DNA from: a bacterium
Lineage (GTDB): Bacteria > UBA8248
Length of the DNA stretch: 64,000 nucleotides
Assembly (NCBI GenBank): GCA_965213625.1
Contig: CBDBZU010000004.1
Location: forward strand, 3,328,001-3,392,000
Direction: 5' to 3'
Position 1 is the stretch's first letter. Every line of letters starts with the position of its first letter. The notes under the pieces are model-generated. The model was not told where the DNA came from. It ran no database searches and worked only from the letters and a program-made list of their open reading frames with translations. Made by a program: the position numbers and the translations under genes. Positions 41,695-49,954 of the stretch are shown in pieces.

Positions 41695-41800
41695 GGGGGT
41701 TACTCATTATTCCCTGCCCACACCGAGAGGACTCAAACTCTGTAGCATGGGTAGGTACAATTTGCTCCCGACGATGTAGAGCAACCAATGAGTAACCCCC
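41695..41800. repeat. 106-bp element bounded by 14-bp perfect inverted repeats (MITE-like or 3' UTR stem)
   Basis: GGGGGTTACTCATT (41695-41708) / AATGAGTAACCCCC (41787-41800). Confidence 0.65.
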
Positions 41801-41826
41801 AAAAAGCCTGCCCTTTCTCTTTATAA

Positions 41827-43542
41827 TTACCTGTGCGCCGCAAATGACCCGATGAAGGCGGCGTCTCCCACCGGCGCGCTCTGCTGCGTGGCGTAAAAGG
41901 TTCCCGCCACCGAACCGGGCGCCTGGGGCGAATACGTCGTCGTTATCGTACTTGTCGTCACCGGTGGAGTTTCCGTATTCGTTGTCCTTACCGTTGTTTG
42001 GGACCTTGAGACCCTCGTCATCCCAAAAAACTGGCCCTTCCAGGAGCCGCTGAAGGATTTGCCGTCAACCACGCCAATGGTGGAACCATTATTGAATTTG
42101 TCATTCCCGCTGATATCATCTCCAAGGCTCTGGTCCTGTAATTCGATGCTGCCCACCATTCGTTGCCCACCAGCGACGATGTTCGTGACCGCGCCCACGA
42201 TGCTGCCCGAGCCATCCGAACCTGCACCTGTCGGATTCTGGAACTCGGCGGTGAGCGTAACGTCCGCCGTGAAATAGCTCGTATCGCTTCCCGCGAGGTA
42301 GGCGCCGTTCGCATTCCCCGTGTAAGTGGCTGTCACATCCTGGCCGTCTTTCACAAAAGTGCTGATGGTGTTGAATCCACCAGTATCACCGCATTCTCTG
42401 ATGGTTACGGATGTTGTTCCGGTTCCGGATTCACCACTACCTTCATTACCACTACAGAAGTTTAAATCACTGGCGTTGCTTGTGGGTTGGCCCCCGTAAG
42501 CGAATGCCGTAATAGTGGAAGTACTCAAATTGTCGTTTTCCACTGTAAGCCAGATTCCGGCGATCAGATAGTCGGTATCGGGTTCATAGTCATACCGCTC
42601 GTCGTGAAGCGTATCGGGCATATCTTCCATGACGGTATTTCTTGCCCTGCTCTCTTTAGAGATGTCCGTGTAGGCGTTAACGAAGGTCGAGGTGGTGCCG
42701 TCCACTCCTGTCAGATCGAAGCCACTGGAAAGGCGGCCCGTTCCAGTGAGTGAAGGCGTCGTGCTGTCCGATACGAGACCCTCTATTCGGACCGTCTTCT
42801 GTCCGGTAACCCTGTCTGCGCCGCTCCCGATATCTGCTGGGAATTCGGCACATGGTGCAGTGCAAGCAACACGAGGATTGCCGCTGGACGGCCCGGAGTT
42901 GCCGGCCGCGCCCACGACTATGCTACCGGCTGTCAAGCCCTTAACGGCGTCGGCGAGAAGTTTATTATCTCTCAAGTGCTTGATGAGCCCTGAATTGTTC
43001 GTCAAGGCGGCCTCGTCCGCTTCACGTTGCATGCGGGCGGCAGCAACCGCGTTAACGGCGCTCTGGATGGCTGCCACAGCCGATTGCGCGGATATCAGGT
43101 CGGCGAGCGCCGCTCTCGCATCATCCAGCGCGCTCTCCGCCTCTGCAGGCGTGGTGGCCGCATCCGCCGCGTCTCTCGCATCTTCGATTTCCGTCAATTG
43201 GTTTTGCGCTTCGACTGCATTGGCGAGAGCGCTCGTTATTTGATCCGCCGTGGCGTCGGGGTGAACCTGCACCGCCGCCGCCGCCGCGCGCGCCGCTCCC
43301 TCTCGCGCCCGGGCGTTTGTTACGATGCCGTCGAGTGTATCCTGTGCATCGGCTATCAGTTCCGCATCCGTCGGCCCCGGAGCCATGCAGTCCGGGTACG
43401 TGCCGATCTGGCCCTGCGGGCATTCCATCACCATCTCATCCGCAGTACCGCCGCCACCGCCGCCGCCGCCGCAACCGGAGGCAAATGCCGCAATGCACAC
43501 GACAAGTACCGCCAATCCTGAATATCTGAGCATTTTCATCAC
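41827..43542 (-). CDS. Surface lipoprotein with Ala-rich stalk and TbpB-like C-terminal beta-barrel
   Basis: ASGC lipobox then poly-Gly; ATYTGNANGAY, GSWKGQFFG, GSVAGTF, IGSFAAHR; start GTG 43542 or ATG 43539. Confidence 0.8.
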   Translation of the reverse strand: MMKMLRYSGLAVLVVCIAAFASGCGGGGGGGGTADEMVMECPQGQIGTYPDCMAPGPTDAELIADAQDTLDGIVTNARAREGAARAAAAAVQVHPDATADQITSALANAVEAQNQLTEIEDARDAADAATTPAEAESALDDARAALADLISAQSAVAAIQSAVNAVAAARMQREADEAALTNNSGLIKHLRDNKLLADAVKGLTAGSIVVGAAGNSGPSSGNPRVACTAPCAEFPADIGSGADRVTGQKTVRIEGLVSDSTTPSLTGTGRLSSGFDLTGVDGTTSTFVNAYTDISKESRARNTVMEDMPDTLHDERYDYEPDTDYLIAGIWLTVENDNLSTSTITAFAYGGQPTSNASDLNFCSGNEGSGESGTGTTSVTIRECGDTGGFNTISTFVKDGQDVTATYTGNANGAYLAGSDTSYFTADVTLTAEFQNPTGAGSDGSGSIVGAVTNIVAGGQRMVGSIELQDQSLGDDISGNDKFNNGSTIGVVDGKSFSGSWKGQFFGMTRVSRSQTTVRTTNTETPPVTTSTITTTYSPQAPGSVAGTFYATQQSAPVGDAAFIGSFAAHR

Positions 43543-43681
43543 TTGCCCCCTGAGGGTTACGTCCCCTTCCGGGAAAGAAGAGGGCGGGCGGTTGAAACCA
43601 GGTAAGTAAAATGAATCGTTTGCTTTGAGAACCCCCGGCCCCGGGCTCAAAGAGCCCGAGGCCAAAGGGAGTCGTGCGTTG

Positions 43682-45400
43682 TTACTGCCTGTGTGCGCCG
43701 AACGCGCCGATCAGACTCATCTTGTTGTCCGCGCTGGATGCGCCGAATGTGCCGGCAACACCCGTCGGGTGCGTGGTGTTTGCAGCGCTGCCCGAGCCGT
43801 TCGGACCGTATAGCTGACCGCCCCAGTTCCCCCTGAGGCCGGTTCCACCGAGAACGCCGTCCGTGGTGCCTGTGAACGATCCAGCTTCGCCTGCTGTATC
43901 AGCCAAGGTGGCTTTCACCAGATTCAGGGAGCCGTCAACAGCCTGTCCGGCGGCCCTGATACCCGAGATGCTTCCCGAGATTGACCCCAGCGTGGCGTTC
44001 GTTGCGCTGAGGAAGTCGACCTCGAGCGAGGCGTCCGCGTCGAAGTACTGGACCATGCCGCCCGCTGAATAGAGGCCGGTGGCGCTTCCTTCATACGAGG
44101 CATTACCCGTGATAGCTACATTCACCGTGTACGTGTCACTGCCGTACGCGAAGGCGCCTGCCTGGGCGGGATCAATTGCTATGGCAGTAGTACCATCGGC
44201 AGCTATCAGGGAGTCCCTGACGGAAGCGGTTACCCACATACCCCAAGCCATGTAGTCTTCGTCGTGACCGGGATCTTTTCCTGTGGCGGTTCGGTATGTG
44301 TATCCAGTATTCTCTACAATTTTCCCGTCTTCATCCACGCTTATAGAACATGGTGTATTGGTGGGGTCTGCACAGTAAATTTGAGCTGGAACCGCGACAT
44401 TGTTGTCAGCGGGATCCAAATTGAGCAACACTTCAAAATTGCTGCCATCGCTCGGGATATCACCCGTCAATACAGCAGACATTTCTATTGCGTCTGTTAT
44501 TTCAATTCCTGTTCCCGTATATATGTTCTTTTCAACCGACGCTTCGATGTCCGTGGTGACGACGAGATGAGTTTTCGTATTCTCGCTTGTTGTGCGAACC
44601 AAATCTGCGCCTTCGTTTCCTTTGATATGGAAACGTGAAGGCTCTTCACCCGTCCGCATTCGATTTACCTCAGCAGCACCGCCATGGTTTATCCCGAATG
44701 CTGATCCACCCGCTTTATGCGCCACGAATGGAACGTCTGTTATTCCACCACTTATCGTAACAGTGGCAGTGGTATCACTGCTTCCGCCCTGGTTGGTAAG
44801 ACCATCAGTAGTAGCAGCCACACCGGCAGCTGCAATCGCCGACCCTACGGTAGCCGAATTTGTCATTGCCTTTAGCGGATCCGAGCCATCCAGCTCGGCA
44901 TTTTCGATGTCGTCGCCGTTGAGCAGCTTGTTCGACAGGTTGATAAGCACCAGGCTGCTCATGCCAGCTGCTTCCATCGCCTTGTCGCGGGCCGTCTCGG
45001 CCGCCATCTGGTGACCCATTGCGTCTGCAGAAGTCGTGGCCGCCTGCGCCGCCGTGTTGGCGTCACCAGCCATGCTCGCGTAACCGTACGCGTTGCCGGC
45101 CGCCACGGGGTCAACCGCGCCGCCCACGGCCGCCATCGCAGCCGCTGCCGCCATCGCAGCCGCGTCCTGCGCGCCGCTCAGGGCAGCTTCTTCGGCAAGG
45201 TCAGCGGCGGAGGTGCAGGAACCGTCCGCGTTATACCGGCCGCCGGCATCCATGCATTCCGCCTGCGGGTCAGGCATCGGCATCGGCATCTCTTCTTCCA
45301 TCTCAGCCGTTCCGCCGCCGCCGCCGCAACCAGCCAGCGTCAGCGCGAAGGCCGCCGCCAGCATGAATGAAAAGATTTTATTTCTGTTGAGTTTCATCAC
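43682..45400 (-). CDS. Surface lipoprotein with Ala-rich stalk and TbpB-like C-terminal beta-barrel (paralog)
   Basis: LAGC lipobox then poly-Gly; ASYEGSATGLY, GNWGGQLYG, GVAGTFGA, IGAFGAHR; SD AGGAGGA. Confidence 0.82.
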   Translation of the reverse strand: MMKLNRNKIFSFMLAAAFALTLAGCGGGGGTAEMEEEMPMPMPDPQAECMDAGGRYNADGSCTSAADLAEEAALSGAQDAAAMAAAAAMAAVGGAVDPVAAGNAYGYASMAGDANTAAQAATTSADAMGHQMAAETARDKAMEAAGMSSLVLINLSNKLLNGDDIENAELDGSDPLKAMTNSATVGSAIAAAGVAATTDGLTNQGGSSDTTATVTISGGITDVPFVAHKAGGSAFGINHGGAAEVNRMRTGEEPSRFHIKGNEGADLVRTTSENTKTHLVVTTDIEASVEKNIYTGTGIEITDAIEMSAVLTGDIPSDGSNFEVLLNLDPADNNVAVPAQIYCADPTNTPCSISVDEDGKIVENTGYTYRTATGKDPGHDEDYMAWGMWVTASVRDSLIAADGTTAIAIDPAQAGAFAYGSDTYTVNVAITGNASYEGSATGLYSAGGMVQYFDADASLEVDFLSATNATLGSISGSISGIRAAGQAVDGSLNLVKATLADTAGEAGSFTGTTDGVLGGTGLRGNWGGQLYGPNGSGSAANTTHPTGVAGTFGASSADNKMSLIGAFGAHRQ

Positions 45401-45402
45401 TT

Positions 45403-45938
45403 TTGAGTCCTCCTAGTCTCGTGATATTAAAGAGCTTTGCATCTAACAAAACCTGAAATGTTCGGATTAGACCTCCTTTCTTTGACTTTCCGACTTTCTA
45501 TCCTTTCCGTTATCGGGCTTATTTCGTTTCATCGTTTCATCGAACCGGAACCGGAGGCGCGGCCGCCGGCCCGGACTTACGCGTCCGGGCCGGTAGCCGG
45601 CATATCCACGAGACTAGCGTGGGAGTCTTTTCGGGAATCATCATGGTTTGAGTCCTCTAGCCTCGCGATATAAAAACGTCTCCGGCCCGAGCCGGGTATT
45701 CCATATTCCAGGTGGAACGATTCACGAGACTGTAGAGGGATTTGCTGCGTGGTGCATCCTGGGTTGAGTCCTCTAGCCTCGTGATTTGCTGCTTCCCGGC
45801 TCTCGCCGGGCTTACCGCTTTCCTGCGCCGGGGCCTCCGCTTTTACGAACGCGAAACTCCGGGACATTTCATCGATTCACGAGACTGGAGAGGGTCTTAC
45901 GGCGTGGTGCATCGTGGGTTGAGTCCTCTAGCCTCGTG
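45403..45938 (-). repeat. Array of three 61-bp imperfect hairpin repeats plus a half-copy over the lipoprotein RBS
   Basis: Units 45607-45667, 45723-45783 and 45878-45938 each read CACGAGACT...TTGAGTCCTCTAGCCTCG(T/C)G; half-copy TTGAGTCCTCCTAGTCTCGTG at 45403-45423. Confidence 0.88.
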
Positions 45939-46120
45939 TTTGTTGCTGCTGAAGCCTGGAATCTTTCCGGGTCGTCGTCTTCCGGGCTTCGTCAAGCCAT
46001 CTGCGATTGCAGGCTGCTCCCCTTGGCTCCCGCTCTATGCGTCCTTCACGAACGAAGTCCGCGCTGCGTTCTGCGGGCGGCCCCTGGGCTGCTGCTCCCG
46101 TGTATTACTTGACATATACG

Positions 46121-46150
46121 ATAGTGCGTCAAATTTTCCGGTTTTGTCAA
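46121..46150 (-). promoter_or_regulatory. Possible sigma70 promoter driving the hairpin-array leader and lipoprotein genes
   Basis: Minus strand TTGACA-N18-CACTAT in an AT-richer patch; CTTGACA/TGTCAAG inverted pair across 46108-46151. Confidence 0.35.
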
Positions 46151-46279
46151 GCCTTTATTTGAACTTGCGCGCGACTTGCGAATCGCGGCGGGCGGTTCAA
46201 AGATGTTGCGATTATGAAGCATCGGGGGATGGGGGTCAAACGCCTACCGGATGAAGGAGGGTTTGACGCGAGGGGGTGT

Positions 46280-46374
46280 GTAGCCGGACAGGCCCCCGTG
46301 CTTGTCCGGCCCTCCTCGGGGTTGTCCTGATTGACGCGAGGGGGTGTAGTCGAACAAGCCCCCGTGCTTGTTCG
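46280..46374 (+). repeat. Two GTAG-type REPs downstream of RAYT
   Basis: GTAGCCGGACAGGCCCCCGTGCTTGTCCGGC and GTAGTCGAACAAGCCCCCGTGCTTGTTCG, both preceded by TTGACGCGAGGGGGTGT. Confidence 0.8.
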
Positions 46375-46422
46375 GGGTCGCGACCTGTGCGCATTCTCTT
46401 TTTTTGAATGCAGGGGCCATCC

Positions 46423-46980
46423 TTACAGGCGGGGTACGGTGTTGTACCTGTCGAACGCCCATTTCAAGGGATTGTTGCGGATGTATTCCCGGATGCTGTT
46501 CAGGTTTTCTTCGTTGCGGATAATGTGGTCGTAAAACGAGCGTTGCCACCCGAAAGCATTCTTGCTCCGGCGTTTTCGCACTTTTCGGGTTACGGATGAT
46601 TTGAACCCCTGAATGATTTTCGGCAAAACCATTTTCGAGCGGTCGATGTTTTGTCGTTTCGATTGTAGGTGGCGACCCCTCCTCGGGGTCGCCCCTCACA
46701 TATATGCGTCCCGCTCGGGGTTGTTATCCCCAACGATAATCACGATCCCGTGTAAATGATTCGGCATCACGACGTAATCATCGATGTCCGTATTCGGAAA
46801 ATGACCGGGGATTGCCAGCCAACATTCTTGCGCAATCATTCCGGTTGCATTCAACCGCATTTTCTCGTCCAAGACTTCGCCGAAGCATTGGGTGTGATTC
46901 CGCGTGCAGATTGTCACGAAATAGTATCCTTGCCGAGAATAATCACGTTCTTGAAGTCTGTTTTCCTTTCTGGATTTCAT
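46423..46980 (-). pseudogene. REP-associated tyrosine transposase (RAYT, Y1 HUH) with an in-frame TGA at 46696-46698
   Basis: DYS..GYYFVTICT, VMPNHLHGI (HUH), WQRSFYDHIIR...EYIRNNP; both halves in the same frame; flanked by REPs. Confidence 0.85.
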
Positions 46981-47050
46981 TTCTCAAGGATCATCCTTTC
47001 CCATCAACTCGTTCGGCGGCACAACCGTTTGCATCATCAAATAGCAACTT

Positions 47051-47480
47051 GTAACGGGACGCATATATTTGCACGGCCCATGACCGGCTGCAAAAAGCCG
47101 GGTGGGAAATTGGTGCGGGGCGCATATCTGTCGGACATATATGTCCGACCTACAAATTCATATACGTCGAACCGAACCGCAGAGTCGGGACTCTTTCTAC
47201 AACCTCATGCGGCATGTCGTACAGGAGATTGAGATTATAATTCACCGGAACATCAAAAAGGAATGCGCGATGGGTTTTGTAGGGACAGGCCTCCGTGCCT
47301 GTCCGCTACGGTGAACAAATTCGGTAATCGGGATTCTTCCTCTCCTCTTGGTCGTCCCGCCCCCTGTGGTTGGCCCTTGCAAAACGCGGCCACGGACAGA
47401 CGCGGAGGCCACGGACAGGCGCAGGGGGCCTGTCCGCTACTACGAAAACCGCAAACGCTCGTTCTTCACTCGCGTTTGAC
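47051..47480. repeat. GTAG-type REP cluster upstream of RAYT
   Basis: GTCGGACATATATGTCCGACCTAC (47130-47153), GTAGGGACAGGCCTCCGTGCCTGTCCGCTAC (47279-47309), CGGACAGGCGCAGGGGGCCTGTCCGCTAC (47412-47440). Confidence 0.82.
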
Positions 47481-47639
47481 CCAATCTTCACAAACTCTTT
47501 ACAAAACTTTCCCCTGTCCCCCGCCCCGCCGTTGTTGTAAGATGTCCCCCTCCCCGGCTCAAGGACGGCGCGGGAACTTGTACCCGCATTTGTATGCCGC
47601 CGTATCCGAAGGCCGGGGTTTATTACGGGAGTATCGCAG

Positions 47640-48605
47640 ATGTCCTCCCCGTCCGATCTTCCCCAGCGCCTCGTCGCCGTCGGCGGCAACGCGACCCACC
47701 CGCCCGAGATACGCGGCACGGCCGCCGAGCAGGCCGCCATCGCCGCCGCCACGGGCCGCGCGCTCCTGCCCCTCTTGCAGCTGAAGAACGAACTCATCAT
47801 CACGCACGGGAACGGCCCCGTCGTCGGCAAGATACTCATGCGCCAGGCGGTATCGAGCGAGCAGGTGACGCCCATGACGCTCGACATCTGCGTCGCCCAC
47901 AGCCAGGGCGGCATCGCCTACCTTCTTATGCAGGCGTTCGAAAACGCGCTGAGGCGCGCGGGCGACCCGCGCCACGTGGTCTGTCTGCTGACGCAGGTGG
48001 AGGTCGACCCCGAAGACCCGGCCTTCGACGCGCCCACCAAGTTCGTCGGCTACACCTACACGGAAGAAGAGGCCCGCCGCTATGAGCGCGATATGGGCTG
48101 GACGTTCCGTGAGGATTCCGGGCGCGGCTGGCGGCACGTGGTTCCCTCGCCCATGCCGAAGCACATCGTGGACATCTCGCTCATCGAGACTATCGCCAAG
48201 AGCGGCGCGGTGGTGATAGCGGGAGGAGGCGGCGGCATCCCCGTCGTGCGCGAAGCCGACGGCGCGCGCAGGGGACTCTCGGCCGTCATCGACAAGGATT
48301 TAACCTCGGCCTTGATGGCGAACGTCCTGGGGGTCGAGACGATGATGATCCTCACCGCCGTGCCGCAAGTCTCTATCCACTTCGGGACGCCGCAGCAGCA
48401 GGATTTGGAGAGAGTCTCCCTTGCAGACCTCAGGGAATATCACGCCGAGGGCCACTTTCCCCCCGGCAGCATGGGCCCCAAGATCGAGGCGGCTATCCGG
48501 TTTCTGGAGGGCGGCGGCAAGCGCGTCCACATCGCCGCGCTCAAGGACGCCGTCCCCGCCCTGCGCGGTGATGCCGGGACTTGTGTATTCAAGGAGGAGG
48601 GGTGA
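47640..48605 (+). CDS. arcC: Carbamate kinase
   Basis: VAVGGNA, THGNGP, VVPSP, GGGGIPV, AVIDKD, GSMGPKIEAA. Confidence 0.95.
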   Translation: MSSPSDLPQRLVAVGGNATHPPEIRGTAAEQAAIAAATGRALLPLLQLKNELIITHGNGPVVGKILMRQAVSSEQVTPMTLDICVAHSQGGIAYLLMQAFENALRRAGDPRHVVCLLTQVEVDPEDPAFDAPTKFVGYTYTEEEARRYERDMGWTFREDSGRGWRHVVPSPMPKHIVDISLIETIAKSGAVVIAGGGGGIPVVREADGARRGLSAVIDKDLTSALMANVLGVETMMILTAVPQVSIHFGTPQQQDLERVSLADLREYHAEGHFPPGSMGPKIEAAIRFLEGGGKRVHIAALKDAVPALRGDAGTCVFKEEG

Positions 48606-48633
48606 TTCCCCGCGCATCAATCGAATTTTCCCT

Positions 48634-48858
48634 GTAGGGGCGTTTCGCGAACCGCCCGTATTTCGTTTTTTTTCGTCAACGAATTTGTAGGGACAGGTCG
48701 CGACCTGTCCCTACGGTCGGAACCCGATTGGCGTGGACGATGATATTGTAGGGGTCGCATATATGCGACCCATGACGGGCGGCGAAAAAGGCCAGGTCGC
48801 GCTACAAATTCTTTGTCAACCGAACGAAAAATGGGAGGACACACGGGTCCTCCCCTAC
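48634..48858. repeat. Four different GTAG-type REPs between convergent genes
   Basis: 48634-48660, perfect 28-bp palindrome 48687-48714, 48748-48771, reverse copy 48833-48858. Confidence 0.88.
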
Positions 48859-48882
48859 GAAACCATTCTCACCAAGAGGATT

Positions 48883-49953
48883 TTACCCCGCCCTCACGTT
48901 CCGCCTCGCCTGCACGAACACCACCGTCAAGACGATGATCGCCTGAAAGACGAACACCGCCGCCCCCGGCAGTCCGATGCTTCTCTGGAGCGAATCCGAC
49001 CCCGAGACCAGCACCGCGAACACCGCGGCGGCGATGGTGACGCCGAGCGGGTTGTTCCGCCCGATGACGGCGATGAGGATGGCCATGGCGCCGTAGTTGG
49101 GCGCGCCCTCCGCCCCGCTGATGCCGAGCAGCAGGCTCTGGTGGAAACCCGAAACCTCGATGGCCCCGGCGAGTCCCGAGAGCGCGCCGCAGGTCGGCAT
49201 GATGATGAGCGTGACGCGCGCGACATTGATGCCGCCGAAGCGCGCCGCCCGGGGGTTGTCCCCCACCGCGCGGATTTCGTAGCCGGCGATGGTGCGCGTC
49301 ATGAAGTAGTACATGCCGGCCGCCGCCGCCAGCGCGATGAGGAAGCCGGCGTGCGCGCCCGCTCTCGGCATTACCTGGGGCAGCACCGAGGCGTCGGGGA
49401 TCGGGAGCGAGATGGCGTCGCCCGCCAGCGGGTCGTTCCACGGGCCGTTCGCGAGGTAGTCCACGAGGTAGAGTGCTACGAAATTCAGCATCACCGTCAC
49501 GAATATCTCGCTCACCTGGAAGCGCACGCGCAGTATTCCGGGGATGAAGCCCCAGAACCACCCGCCCAGGATTCCGCCCAGCAGTCCCAGCGGCACGAAT
49601 ACCGGCCAGGGCAGATTCAGGCCCTCGAGCGCGAAGGCCGTGCCCGTCATGCCGATGGCGCCCGCGTAAATCTGCCCGTCCACGCCGATGTTGAAGTGCC
49701 CGCCCCGCATCCCGAAGGCCACCGCGAGCGAGGCGAGCAGCAGCGGGCAGAACTTGTTGAGCGTCTGCGCGAACCCGCCCCACGTGCCGAGCGAGGATCT
49801 GAGAACCGTGCCGAGCGCGACGAACACGTCGCCGCCGAAGGCGACGATGAAGACGGCCCCGCACGCGAGGGCCAGCGCGCCCGCCGCCGCGTAGGTGACG
49901 GCGAACTCCATCGCCATCTTTTTCCTGTCGCTCACGTTCGCAGGCGCCGCCAT
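48883..49953 (-). CDS. ABC transporter permease (nucleoside/CUT2 type)
   Basis: FNIGVDGQ, GYEIRAVGDNPRAARFGGI. Confidence 0.93.
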   Translation of the reverse strand: MAAPANVSDRKKMAMEFAVTYAAAGALALACGAVFIVAFGGDVFVALGTVLRSSLGTWGGFAQTLNKFCPLLLASLAVAFGMRGGHFNIGVDGQIYAGAIGMTGTAFALEGLNLPWPVFVPLGLLGGILGGWFWGFIPGILRVRFQVSEIFVTVMLNFVALYLVDYLANGPWNDPLAGDAISLPIPDASVLPQVMPRAGAHAGFLIALAAAAGMYYFMTRTIAGYEIRAVGDNPRAARFGGINVARVTLIIMPTCGALSGLAGAIEVSGFHQSLLLGISGAEGAPNYGAMAILIAVIGRNNPLGVTIAAAVFAVLVSGSDSLQRSIGLPGAAVFVFQAIIVLTVVFVQARRNVRAG

Positions 49954-49954
49954 G

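Noticed and set aside
39376-45400. Diversity-generating retroelement behind the paralog variation
   Set aside because: No reverse transcriptase is present, and differences between copies are not adenine-specific.
45607-45938. Hairpin array as a CRISPR array or integron attC array
   Set aside because: Repeats are 61 bp with variable interiors, spacers are unequal (55 and 94 bp), no cas or integrase gene is in the window, and there are no RYYYAAC/GTTRRRY core sites.
45577-46254. ORFs 45577-45867 (-) and 45742-46254 (+) across the hairpin array
   Set aside because: The repeat units fall in inconsistent frames, and the products have no motif or RBS support.
46696-46698. RAYT in-frame TGA as selenocysteine
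   Set aside because: It lies in a variable REP-derived loop, not at a conserved Cys-like site. The following hairpin is a REP whose loop starts only ~11 nt after the UGA.
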